Source of the DNA: the human T2T-CHM13v2.0 reference genome, Homo sapiens
Assembly (NCBI RefSeq): GCF_009914755.1
Contig: NC_060933.1
Length of the DNA stretch: 64,000 nucleotides
Direction: 5' to 3' (one strand)
The translations under genes were made by a program, and so were the position numbers. The notes beneath the pieces are model-generated. The model did no database searches, was not told the origin of the DNA, and was given only the letters and a program-made list of their open reading frames with translations. This document shows positions 41,758 through 55,043 of this stretch, one piece after another; the stretch's first letter is position 1; every line of letters begins with the position of its first letter.

Positions 41758-42745
41758 AATGTGGAAGAACTTTTAAATATATGTTCACATAGAAGGTAAG
41801 CCTGTAAGTATGAAGATTCTAATCATTAGAAGAATTTTTATGGAGGAGTTAGACAATTACTTGAAATAAATATTTAAAATGGACCAATCATCAGAATAGT
41901 GATTGGTCTTGATCACATTTATGAGGCTGGGAAGTAGAGGGGTGACCCCAGGAAGCAATAAATCAAAAAGAAGGGAGAAGAGAATCTTAAGAGGGTATCC
42001 TTTGGCCCTAGGCCATCTATCCAATCCTGTTATTGCTAAGAGGTCATTGTAAATAACGGATACTTAAAGCAAGTACATTATATGCCAAGCACTGCAGACA
42101 CTAAGTGATTTAAATTGAATGATCTGGTCAGAGTCAACGTAAGATCAAATCCAACTGGCTTACTGCCAAAATAGTTCTATGTGCCTAACAGGTAGTGATA
42201 CCTCATATTGGCAATGCTGGATCAGCAGAAATTACTAATGATTTTGGCAGCCAACAAGCTCCATGAGGTAATAATGGAAATTAAATTAAATTATGGAATA
42301 TTTGGAAATAATTGGAAAATAAATTAAATAGCTCAATGGAAAAATTCAATGGGGCAGAAGGGAATTGCAATGGGCTTTCTGAACTGTTCTGTTGATGCTG
42401 CTTAGCAAATGTAGCTCCTTGAGTTGTTTTCATTTCATCAAAATCATGATACTCTTGAGTGTTGGCAAGGAAATATCAGGTAATGATAAAGTGGTGAACA
42501 TGCCTTTCATCAGCTGAAAATCTTTAATTGTAAATGCAGCATGTAATGGTGTAATTAGTTGTCTAAGTGACAGGATAGGCTCAAATCTTTGCTAGTATTT
42601 TGCAAAAAGACCATTAGGTTTCCACATCCCTTTCTTCAAATAAGATGATGAGCAGGCAAAGATAAGTAAGGGATTCATTTTTAACCCCATGAACTGAGCA
42701 CACTCCCCGCTAGAAATGATAAGAGGCTATAGGAAAGTACCATAG

Positions 42746-43891
42746 TGTGTCAGGCCAGATCTCACTGACACAGACCTCCATAACAACTGTTTCTGTACTG
42801 ACTGAGTGGTTAAGTTAAATATTAAAAGCCAGTGCCCTTATACAAAAGCTGGGATGTAAGAAAAGCCCACCAACAGTTTTGCCTAGGCCTTTTCTGGACC
42901 TTAAAGCATGACAAAAATAACAAAGGAATTTTTAACAGGATCCATTTAGGATTAAACAAGTCTAACTGTGGGTCTGAAGAAACTCCCCAGGCCTCCACAA
43001 ACGTGTTTGCCAGCGGGGCTGAAGGAACTCCCCAAACCACCGTGATTTAGCAGGAGACAAGATGAGGGTAATCACCCTAGCACCTGGACCCATTTAGATT
43101 AAGTAAGTTTACTGAGACTCCAGAGGAAGGCCTCAGGACTCAGACCTTAGCTATAGATTAAAATAAGTTAATCATGCTGCTATAAAGACACATGCACACG
43201 TATGTTTATTGCGGCATTATTCACAATAGCAAAGACTTGGAACCAACCCAAATGTCCAACAATGATAGACTGGATTAAGAAAATGTGGCACATATACACC
43301 ATGGAATACTATGCAGCCATAAAAAATGATGAGTTCATATCCTTTGTAGGGACATGGATGAAATTGGAAATCATCATTCTCAGTAAACTATCGCAAGAAC
43401 AAAAAACCAAACACCGTATATTCTCACTCATAGGTGGGAATTGAACAATGAGATCACATGGACACATGAAGGGGAATACCACACTCTGGGGACTGTGGTG
43501 GGGTGGGGGGAGGGGGGAGGGATAGCATTGGGAGATATACCTAAGGCTAGATGACGAGTTAGTGGGTGCAGCGCACCAGCATGGCACATGTATACATATG
43601 TAACTAACCTGCACAATGTGCACATGTACCCTAAAACTTAAAGTATAATAAAAAAAATAAGTTAATCACTTATGTCTTTAGATGAATGCATACTTTCACC
43701 TAGACATATAGCTTAGAAGGTATATAAGCTCTGGAAAACTTTGTAATTTTGAGTTGGTCTGGTGATAATTTCCAGGCCTTCTCTCTGTAACTGTTTGCAG
43801 ATATGAAAGCTCTCTCCCTCCCCAATTCATCTTGATTTTGTTATTGGGCCACGAGAAATAGCAGCCGGACCCACACTTTGGTCCAGAAACA
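42746..43891 (+). mobile_element. ERV1-class solo LTR (~650 bp) interrupted by an L1
   Basis: TG...CA termini; 4-bp TSD atag 42742-42745 / 43892-43895; TATA-like ggtatataagc near 43720; subfamily not assigned. Confidence 0.8.
43175..43657 (+). mobile_element. 5'-truncated young L1 (L1PA2-like): ORF2p C-terminus and 3' UTR
   Basis: ORF 43202-43444 ends ...KHRIFSLIGGN*; 3' UTR has gatgacGAGttag and cttaAagtat (not Ta); TSD aaaataagttaatca 43160-43174 / 43654-43668 at a TT/AAAA site. Confidence 0.95.
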
Positions 43892-43989
43892 ATAGGTTAG
43901 TACTGCTACTCAGATATGTGTTGGTTCTAAAGAAAACACACACAGAGGTAAATAGTAAGGATCATATTTTAAGCAACTCAAGGAACTAT

Positions 43990-44150
43990 AAATATATTTG
44001 CTCCCTAAATCTTAGACACAATCTTGCAAAACAGGTATTATTATTTCCATTTTTCATACAAGACAATTGGGGCTCATAGAAATTGAGAACATATTTAGGG
44101 TCCCACAGCTAGTATGTTGCAAAAACAGAGCTGTGATTTGTACCTAGTGC
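43990..44150 (-). mobile_element. MIR
   Basis: aggtattattatttccatttt...ggggctcataga...tcccacagctagta. Confidence 0.65.
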
Positions 44151-44217
44151 AAAATCTAAGTGTCAAACTTCAAAGTTCTTTAAACAGAATACCTTCAACT
44201 GTCTTTAAACTTTTAGA

Positions 44218-44420
44218 AAGCTGGTTCTAAAATTTCTCTACATACAAGAATTATAGAAAAGCTTGCTAAAATATGAGTTTCCATGAGCACATACATGTGT
44301 ATGACAGAGAGGGAGAGAGAGATTTGAGTTGGTAGATTATGAATGCAGCTAAGAAATTTGCAATTTAACTACTTCCTCAGGGAATCTTGAGGCAGGTATT
44401 CCTCAGACCACACAGTTTAG
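44218..44420. mobile_element. MER5B-like
   Basis: tggttctaaaatt...tttgcaatttaac...cctcagaccacac. Confidence 0.5.
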
Positions 44421-45811
44421 AATGTCCTTTGCAAAATCCTGTATGACAGAAGTCTGGAGATTTTTATACAGGGACATCATACAATGAGGCTTCTAATAGA
44501 ATCTTGATGACAAACTGCAACATGTAAAAAGACAGACTTATACTTAATCAGAACCAGTTGCATAGAAAGCCCTAGGCTTTTTAAAGTTACATTAAAAAAA
44601 GAACATAGGGCCTCAATCACTAAACTCAAATTGGATTTGTAACTCCAGGACTGTTAGAAAAACAGCTTTTTCATCTGCACCTGTTATGGTGGAGATGATT
44701 CTAGAATGAGCAGAGTGAATCCAAGAAAGTATTTTTCTTCATGAAGGAAACAAATAGTGCTCTAGGCAACTGTGGTTGATGGATGTGATAGCAGATCCTT
44801 TCTTAGCATCCTCACCTTATAAAATTAATAGATCCTCACTTTTAAACATATTATAGAAAATGGAAAAGAGAATCAAACGAACAAAATCTATTTTTCTAAA
44901 TTAAAAAGCTTGAAAAAGCCCTGCTTCCTTTGTCTGTCATAATGATATCGCTGGATCACTGCCAAATCAGAAGCTATATGAATGATTGTTCTTAGATAAT
45001 AGTTCCTTCTGCAAAATATAAAGCTACTTTTCCCAAAACTCATACCATGAGTTTCCAAACATAATAAATCCTAGTTTTCTAAAAATATCTTTTATTTTGG
45101 AACTGATTTTGCCTTAATTTTAACCACTGCCCGCTAAAGAATTATGTCAGTTATACTCATAGGCATTTCAATGTTGTACAACTATTACCATTGTACAAAT
45201 TCTACCGTCTGCTTAGTAATGCTGCCAACATCATTAATTTTAACAGAAAGATTTATACATTGCAAAGATATGCTTTTTAAAATGCTGGTCCCTCAAAGTT
45301 TTTTTTCTGTACAACTATAAGTATTGTATTTTATTCAAGACAATCAAAAGTGTTTTTGGTAATTACATTTATTCATAAAAATGTTTATATAGATTTCTTT
45401 GTGACAGTAGCAGCAAGTATGCATTGTCGTAGCCTTATCCAACCCTCTTGACATTTTGCTTTTCCCTTGTGCAGGAAATGGGGAGGTTTCAAGTGGTGAG
45501 GGCAGGCTGGAACTGGGAGGGGAAGAGGAAGGAATCAGAACAGCAAGGCTTTTGTGGTTTTCTGGGCTTCTCAGTTGATTTAATGCAGCAGAAATCAGAT
45601 AACCAGTATCATCAATCATGACAATCATATGAACTGTCTCCATGCTTAGATTGCTTTATTCTCAGAATCATTATTTTCAAATTATTTGGTCTGAATAAAG
45701 ATTTCCATGCCAGTTAAAAAATGATCCTCTATATCTCCCATTTCAGCTATGAAGCAATGAAAATAACAAATACAGCTTTCTTTGAGAAAACCTGAATTTG
45801 AATCTTGACAT

Positions 45812-46458
45812 TGATACAAATAGGAAGCAGACAAATGCTGGGTAGAAGAGGGAGGTTCCCCAGCAAAGGCCCTGGCCTTAAGGCTGGAAACTATGGCCCC
45901 TAAATGAGAACAGTTATCCCCATTTTCCAGCCAAAATGTTGCTTTTTCCAAAACCACACTGGCCCACCAATCCCCACATCCTGTACCCATAAAAACCACA
46001 AACCCCACTGGCAGAGGAGCAGAGTGGCTTGGCAGAGAAGGAGAGAAGAGAAGAAGCATCTCAACGTCAAGAGGAGAAGATTCTTTTCCCACTTCACCCC
46101 CTTTCCAGCTTCCCATCCCACTGAGTGCCACCTCCATCATTCAATAAAATCTCTGCATCTTTCAAGTCTGTGTAACCTGATTCTTCCTGGATGCCACACA
46201 AGAACCTGGTTACCAAGAGGGCAGGGTGTAAAAGGCTGTCACCTTGACTCTCCATTGAGATGGTTAACACTTAGCCATCTGCAGACAGCAACTGCTAAAA
46301 GAGCATTAATTGTAAAACACCCCTAAACACTGCCATGGGGCCAGAGCCCAAAAGCGCTCTCCCTGGCTCCTGCACCTGCTCACCTGCGTGCTTGCCCTCC
46401 AGGAAAGGGCTTGAGCCACATCCCCATTGCAAGTTCCCAGAGCGGGTCAAGGGAGCCT
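45812..46458 (+). mobile_element. ERV1 solo LTR (LTR27/LTR28/LTR1 group) inserted in a MIR
   Basis: tgataca...ctgggtagaagagggaggttcccc...cctgtacccataaaaacc...aataaaatc...ctgctaaaagagcat; MIR resumes at about 46460-46590. Confidence 0.8.
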
Positions 46459-46685
46459 TGTGGGCCCTTGGGTGAGTTACTTAAGTCACTGAGTTTCAGT
46501 TTTGTCACCTGTAAAATGGAGACAATAATGCCTATTTCTCAGAGTTGCTCTAGAGACAAAATGATACAGTATTTTGAGGAGAGCTCATTCATATTAAACT
46601 CCCAATTTTTTTGTTTGTTTGGGAAGACTAATATAAGTGTTGATTTGCTTTGTTTTTTTCATAATAATTATCAGGTTTCCCTACA

Positions 46686-46716
<31 letters not shown>

Positions 46717-47538
46717 TTTCTATTTGCTTCTATTTGAAATATCAAGTGAACAAAACATTTTTTAATAACTTCTCAGCATTCTAGCTTGAGATTTTAAGCT
46801 GTAATCTATCCCAGAATTTCTGATGTCTTCAATGGCTGCTACAAAACAAAAACATAAACTTTAAATGCAACTCATTTGGATTTTTTCCCCTTTCTTGCTT
46901 TCCTCTGATTGATATTTTCTTTCATTTTTCTTATTTCACTTCTTCCCACTGTTTCCTTGAAAATTATACTCCTGTATAACCTTTTAGCTTTAATATCCAC
47001 CATTTTAACATTCATATCTTTATCTTTCTCCTGAATAATTTAAAGATATTACAGTGAGTATATTTTAATGCTAAATACTTTTCATCAAATGTACAAGCAA
47101 ATTTCCTAAAGCATTTCAAAATTGTTTTAAATTTATTATTAATTGTTGTGGATACATACTAGTTGTACATATTTTGGGGGTACATATGATATTTTAATGC
47201 ACAACATTTTCTTCTATACTGTTTCCTGCTCCATAAATGAGACAGTGTTGTTGATGCTGTTTTGTGTTGCTTTAGAATACAATTCATGTTTATTTGTATT
47301 TAATACACATTTACAATTATTTTTACTTAGCAAGATGCTTTCCATCTAAGACAGTCCATTTGTGATAGTATTCCCTCTGCCTAAATTACATATTTAGAAG
47401 TTTGTTTTTTGAGGGTCTGTTGGTGGTAAACTTAATATTTGTTTGTCTGTAGATTTGTTATCTTGCCTCTGCTCTTGATGGAAAGTTTTCTTGGATGTTG
47501 TTAGTCTATAGAATTGTAGGGTGACCATTTTGGGAGGG

Positions 47539-47598
47539 GTGTGTGTGTGTGTGGGTGTGTGTGTGTGTGTGTGTGTGTGGGTGTGTGTGTGTGTGTGT
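47539..47598. repeat. Interrupted (GT)n microsatellite
   Basis: Directly visible. Confidence 0.95.
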
Positions 47599-47888
47599 AT
47601 TTGCCCAGCACAGGTATGTTATTCTGCTGTTTTCTAATTCCATTGTTGAAAAACCATTTAGCAGAGTAAGTACCAGTCCTTTGAAGGAAATCTGCCTGTT
47701 TCCTCTGTCTACTATTAAGTTTTCTGTTTATTTTTCTGCTGGCTCGCTATGATGTATCAGAATGTAGGTATTATTATCTGTTTATACTGAGAATCAATGT
47801 GTTTTTCAACAATTTTCAAAGGTATCAGCCAGCTATCATCTAGTTGAATATGCCTTCTTCCTCCTCTTTATACTATCCTATAAAAAAT

Positions 47889-48200
47889 AGTAGTCCCTCT
47901 CTTATCCACAGGGCGTACATTCTAAGACCCTCAGTGGATGCCTGAAACTGCAGATAGTACTGAACCCTACGTACACTGTGTTTTTTCCTATACATGCATA
48001 TCTATAATAAAGTTTAAAATTAGTTTATAAATTAGGCACAGGAAAAGATGAACAACAATAACTAAGAATAGAACAATTATAAAAGTATATTGTAGTACAA
48101 TAATGTGGTCTTTCTCTCTCTCAGAACACCTTGTTGTACTATACCACAGGTTGGCTGAAACTATGGAAAGCAAAACTGTGGATAAGCTGGGGAGGTGCAG
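47889..48200 (+). mobile_element. MER44A (Tigger-derived)
   Basis: agtagtccctctcttatcc...cagtggatgcctgaaac...gtactgaacccta...aaactgtggataag. Confidence 0.85.
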
Positions 48201-51200
48201 GGGGCTCATATAGAGTATATACTGTTGTGGACATTTATACACTGGCCTACATTTTTTACCCTCTCATAATTTCCATCTCTTTGCCCATCTGTGCTTAATT
48301 CTAAATAACTTCTTCAGGTCTGAATAAATTTTTCGGGTCTGTTGTTGATGTCTAGGCTAATCTACTATCTGATTCACCATTGAGGTTTTAAATCTAATTA
48401 TTGCATCTTTCCCCCCCCTCTTTCTAGTCATTCCATTCATTTCCTTCTCAAATGTGCCAGTTGTTTTTGTAGCCTCTTATTTATTGCTTATATTCTCAAA
48501 CTTTAAAAAATTAAAGACAATTTATTTGATGACTGCTAATTGCAAAATCTAAATAATTTTGTATCTGATTCTGTTTCCTTGTTTCTACTGGCTTTCTCCC
48601 AGGATAATTTGTTTTTTTATGCCTTGTATTCTTCTGGAACTTTTGGTTACGGGTGAATAATACTCTTCAGAATGTTATCTTTAGGTGTTATTTTAAGCCT
48701 GGGTTAAATATGCATTTCTCCCAAGAATATGTGTGCTTACTTTTGCCAGTCTTATATATGTATTACCTATAAGAGACCACCTTACATTTATCTTTTCCCT
48801 ACAGTATACTATGAATGTGGGCCAAAAATCAAATTTTGTTTATGGTCATAAATTCTCAGGGGAAGCCTGTTTTCCCTTTGACTCAGTGCCAAGGTCAAGA
48901 CATGCAAGACATTGCAAACTCTCTGAGCAATGTTCTAATTTCTTGTTCAGCCTTATTGTGACAGCAGACCTTTTTGTCTTGGCTTTATGTAGGGCACTTC
49001 CTATTAGTCTTCACACCTTGGGTATGCCCAAAATTTTAAATCCTGTCTCTCCCACTCCCTGAGAGAAATTTAAAATAGAAGTTCAAATTAAAAGTTCTCA
49101 AAACCCTAAGATCAAAATGTTGCTCTGAGAAACACTTAAGTCCCCAGATCTCATACTTTAATTGTGTGTGGCTTCTGCATACTCTTTCTTTTGTTGAAGC
49201 ACAAAATCTACTTTACAATAATTTTTTAAAAACTATTCCTTAAACATAGTGATCTTTTATGTCTTTGCCATTTTTCTGCTAACTCCCCTGCACCTACCAA
49301 GTTACGACAATTGGACTTCTCCCCTCATCACTATATTCTGAAAGAATAATTTTTGTCATATATTTATTTTAATGCATATTACAAATATGTACTTATACTC
49401 AGAAATCATTTTATTTTCACTTATTTGAATCTATGTATAAATCTTATATAGCCTATTAAAAAAAAAACACTAAAGTGTATATTTAGAGCCAAAAAAACAT
49501 TTAGAGAGCACCTAGACCTAACCTTTGGAAGGTGCAGGGACTTTCCTAATATTACAAGGTGTCAGGTGGGACCAGAATCCAACTCTAGGGTAATCTGATA
49601 CAGTGTTCTTCCTACCAAAACAAGGTTTATTTTTAAAGTATGGTCATAACGTTCTGTCTTCTAAACAAAATTCATTTTATCTAATGAGGAAGTGAGCTTA
49701 AAATAAAGATTTGATGTTTCTGACCTGATGGTAATTTTCACAAATCTCAGACATTGATGCTGGAGAGGAGAAATTTCAATTAGATATTTGATGATCACTA
49801 CAGACAAAGCTGAATAATCATAATCTCATGTGGGTGGTGATATATTTAGCAAACAGTAAACATGAGAGACTACACTAAGGAGTTGTAGCACAAAACCATA
49901 TTTTGTCTATATTTATTGAAAACTAATTAGCCATGAATTGCAGGGAAATTGCTTGAATTTATTAGTGAGGTGCAAGTCTAAGATATAAACGTAATGTTCT
50001 TATATTGTATTGTGTACTTTTCTAAATTTGTAAACTTTTCATTCCAAAAGTTTAATGGCCCACACTCTCAAATAAGCTGTAGATGGGAAACAGAAAAATG
50101 AAATCCCTCAGGGAAGTATTAGCTAAGATAATGATCAAGTAAGCAAAGTATAGATAACAACAGTGAAGGCCAGCAGCAGAAAAACCGGCTCACCAAGGAA
50201 GAAAATATCATAGGAGTGTCTGCATTTCTGGGAAACCAAGCAGAGGGGCCTTTGTGTTGAGGCCTCAGTTTCCCAAGTCTCAAGGATGAGCCAGGGGAAT
50301 TGGGCGAGAGTTTGGGAGGTAGTAAACAAACCAAGACGCAGTGTTATTCAGGGTCTGTGACTAATGAGATAGCGACCATATATCATGTAGCCATATATCA
50401 GTAATTTTCTAGGAGGCTCCTCATTTCATACATTCTGACCCTGTGTACATATTAGCAGAATAAACTGAAAATTCCAAGATGGTGTATTCCCACTGTATTG
50501 CCAAAACTGCCTCTAGAACTCAACAAAGGCACAGAAATCCCTTCTCATACTACATATTACATTTTAGAGTCAAATAATGTGTACACTCTATCTGTAAAAT
50601 GGCAAAATCAGAGAAAAATTTGAATGGCAGCAGTGATTATAAACTGCTTAAGTTTAATGGCATTCATTTAATCATAAATATATGGAAAGAAACACTGGGA
50701 AATTAACTGCATGATCTTAAAATGAGAAAGAGTCTTCTAAACAGAAAAACAAAAATGATAGATTAGTCTATATTATAAAAAGAAATAAAAGGCAAAATGT
50801 ATATCTACCCTACTTTGAGTGAGACTAAATATCACTGCCTTAGAGCACTAAAATATTTCTCACATCAACGATCATATCTGAAATTCTCATAACTAGAGTC
50901 ACTCATTTTGCACTCATTAATGTGGTTCCACCTTGGAGTGGGATAATGTATTTCATTTAACATGTTAACATACAATTACAGATATATTTACCTGATTATT
51001 CTCTCAGTGCTACTGTCATTTTAAATTTAAGACAAAACTTAAGCTTTAACATTTAATAAAATATTTTGAATTTTATTTTATAATTTATGCATCTTTTCAT
51101 TTTTCCTCATTTCTCAGAAAGTGAAATAAATATATTTGGAGCAATCAAGTTTTAGAAATGTGATAGTATACTGTGCTAGCGATAGAAAAAATGAAACGGA

Positions 51201-51236
51201 GGGAGAATTGAAAATGAAAGCATGCCAGGGGTAGAA

Positions 51237-51594
51237 TGATATGGTTTGGTTCTGTGTCCCCACCAAAATCTCATCTCAAATTGTAATTCCCATGTGTCAA
51301 GGGAGGAACCTGGTGGGAGGTGACTGGATCATGGGGCAGTTTCCCCCATGCTGTTCTCACAACAATGAGATCTGAAGGTTTAAAAGGGTTTAAAAGTGTG
51401 CAGTGGTTTTCCCCCAACCACTCTCCTGTCACCATGTAAGATGTGCCTTGCTTCCCCATTGCCTTCTGCCATAATTATAAGCTTCCTGAGGCCTCCCCAG
51501 CCATGCAGAACCGTGAGACAATTAAACTTATTTTCTTTATAAATTACCCAGTCTCAGGTAGTTCTTTATAGCATTGTGAAAATGGACTAATGCA
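51237..51594 (+). mobile_element. THE1D/MSTA-like MaLR solo LTR
   Basis: tgatatggtttgg...tgtccccacc...attacccagtctcaggta...aatggactaatgca; no matching TSD. Confidence 0.9.
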
Positions 51595-51810
51595 GTGATG
51601 AATCACATTTACTGATTTGCTTATGTTGAACCAACCTTGTTTCCCTACTTGATTATGGTGGATAAGCTTTTAGATGTGGTACTAAATTTGGTTTGCTGAT
51701 ACTTTGTAGAGGATTTTTGCATCAATGTTCAACAAGGATAATGCCCTGAAATTTTCTTTTTTTGTTGTATCTTTGGCAGGTTTTGGTATCAGGATGATGC
51801 TGGCCTCATT
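51595..51810 (-). mobile_element. L1PA ORF2 (RT-region) fragment, inverted
   Basis: tgttgaaccaaccttg...ttttggtatcaggatgatgctggcctcat. Confidence 0.9.
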
Positions 51811-52026
51811 ATATGAACATATGGACACCTAGAGGGGAACAACATATACTAGGGCCTCTCAGAGAATGAAGGGTGAGAGGAGAGATAGTATCAGGAAAAA
51901 TAACTAACGAGTACTAGGCTTAATACCTGGGTGATTAAATAATCTGTACAACAAATCCCCATGACACAAGTTTATCTATGTAACAAAGCTGCACATGTAC
52001 CTCTGAACTTGAAAGTGAAAAAAAAA
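51811..52026 (+). mobile_element. Old L1PA 3' UTR with A tail
   Basis: caggaaaaataactaa...ggcttaatacctgggtgat...ctgcacatgtacctctgaactt. Confidence 0.9.
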
Positions 52027-52477
52027 TCTTCAGTATGTCATATTTCAAAATACAGTAATATAAATTTGTACACCTATTTATCAGACTAAATTTATGGAAT
52101 ATATATAAATAATTAGCTAAAATATAAATAAATGTTACATTTATAAATTAAGTATATTATCTACAAATAGCAATTCTAGAGTGTATAAAACATATATTTA
52201 TGAGGACATTTATATTAAATTATACAAATAATTTATCTTCGCAAAAAGACTATTAATTAGGATTACCCTTATTGTATAATAAGGAAACTTGTACTAAGAA
52301 AGGATAAATAATATACCCATGGTTACTCTTCTAATAACTGGGATATCTCAGTCTTATGCTTTTCCATCACCAAATCATTGGTTCTTGTGTAAAATACATT
52401 TTATCATTTCTATGAATAAACCTAGAAAATTATTTTGGCTGTGTGCATTTAACCTTATTTATAACACCAATAACATC

Positions 52478-53020
52478 TTTTTTTTAAACTTTTAAGTTCA
52501 AGGATACAAGTGCAGATTTGTTACATAGGCAAACTTGTATCATTGAGGGTTTGTTTTATAGATTATTTCACTACCCAGTTATTAAGTCTAGTGACCATTA
52601 GTTATTTTTCCTGAACCTCTTCCTCCTCCCACCTTCCAACTTCCAAAAAACCTTAGGGAGTGTTGTTCCCCTCTATGTGTCCATTTGTTCTCATCATTTG
52701 GCTCCCACTTGCAAGCGAGAACATGTGGTATTTGGTTTTCTGTTCCTGTGTTAGTTTGCTAAGGATAATGACCTCCAGCTCCATCCATGTCCTGCAAAGG
52801 ACATGATTGTGTTCTTTATTATGGCTGCATAGTATTCCATGGTATATATGTACCACATTTTCTTTATACAGTCTATCATTCATGGGCATTTAGCTTGATT
52901 CCATGTCTTTGCTATTGTGAATGGTGCTGCAATGAACATATGTGTACTTGTGTCTTTATAATAGAATGATTTATATTCATTGGGTATATATCCATTAATG
53001 GGATTGCTGGGTCAAATGAT
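52478..53020 (-). mobile_element. Old L1PA 3' end
   Basis: T-tract, antisense 3' UTR and ORF2 C-terminus (ORF 52653-52889 contains TWMELEVIILSKLTQEQKTKY). Confidence 0.9.
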
Positions 53021-53025
53021 ATTAG

Positions 53026-53377
<352 letters not shown>

Positions 53378-53853
53378 TATTCAAGCTTTAATTGTACTTT
53401 CTCAAAGTCATGCCTCAAAGCCTTTCTGCTCTATTACCAGTGTATCCTTGTCTTACTATCTGCTGGCTTGGCTGATGCCTTTTGTTCTCTCTCTCTACAC
53501 TTCAGGTTCCTGGGTTCTTCTACCTTGCCCATTCTCACATGAATTTCCCAGGCAATAATCTGAGACAAAGTTTCTGAAACTTATCATTGGCATTAATATA
53601 TGTAATTATGTGTCCTTTTAGTTTTTATAACCTTATCTCCTACATAATGAAACGTAGGAACTTGTAGTTGGGGAAGGTATTTAGAGTTCTTGATATCACC
53701 AACATGGTTGCAGTTGACTACTATAATTTCAATAGGCTCCCTATAATACCTTTATTGCCTATCTGAAAGGGTCAGATTGTGAAATCCTTCAGGACAAATT
53801 CAAGGTCTTTTACTTGTCTTTTTATCTCTCTAAATTATAAAATAATATACCAC

Positions 53854-54149
<296 letters not shown>

Positions 54150-54296
54150 AATAATATACCACTTTTAAAGTGCTAAATATTTTCTTGCTTAGTTTCATTC
54201 CTAGTCACAATTTATTCTTTATGGGAAATGTTCAATATGGACTTAATCAAAGCCCCTATTTTTCCTTCAAATAATGCCCTTTAAAAAGTGCCTCAT

Positions 54297-54606
<310 letters not shown>

Positions 54607-54808
54607 GTGCCTCATTCTCATTTTACGCCTAAAGAAAATATAATGGTTAGCAAATATAGGTCCTTTGGTAAACTTAAAAATGAATATATTTTTTTCAAAA
54701 TGCAAAAGAAAAAACTGCACCTAAACTTGTCCAGAAGCATCAGTTAAACAAAAGCAGTCAACAGCCTCCAGCTTCCATTGTAAATGAACTTTGTAATAGG
54801 CTGCTTAC

Positions 54809-55043
54809 CTGTTTTTGTGGTTAGAAACATTACTGAACAGCATGAGGTCCTGTATTATAATGTGGTTGAAGAAAAAAGCATTCCAATATAAGCTTTGAAA
54901 TTGTTTGCTTATAGAAATCCAGACCAATGGTAAAAATTAGTGTTTTGGATATTGCCAACATTTTACTCCTTGATACACTTATAAAGCTCCTTCCTCTAAA
55001 GGGATTTGGCTTTGATGGACTATTAACTAAGGACACATGGTAT
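54809..55043 (-). ncRNA. Candidate internal exon (235 nt) of a minus-strand transcript
   Basis: Minus strand: ctaat branch-like motif then ttgtctttatcacttcAG acceptor; donor CAG|GTAAGC; no frame open end to end. Confidence 0.4.

Larger units (their letters stand above)
46860..49240 (-). mobile_element. Ancient L1M/HAL1-type relic with nested elements
   Basis: Long T-rich block with antisense L1-like words; short L1MA 3' end near 47120-47200; approximate. Confidence 0.45.

Noticed and set aside
43202-43444. 80-aa ORF with realistic protein composition
   Set aside because: It is the C-terminus of L1 ORF2p in a 5'-truncated copy, not a gene.
45440-45501. Strong + strand acceptor at 45474 with a possible 21-nt microexon
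   Set aside because: The donor is mediocre and nothing else supports it.
45682-46326. Overlapping 152-aa and 140-aa ORFs
   Set aside because: They lie mostly in a GC-richer ERV1 LTR where stop codons are scarce; no recognisable domain.
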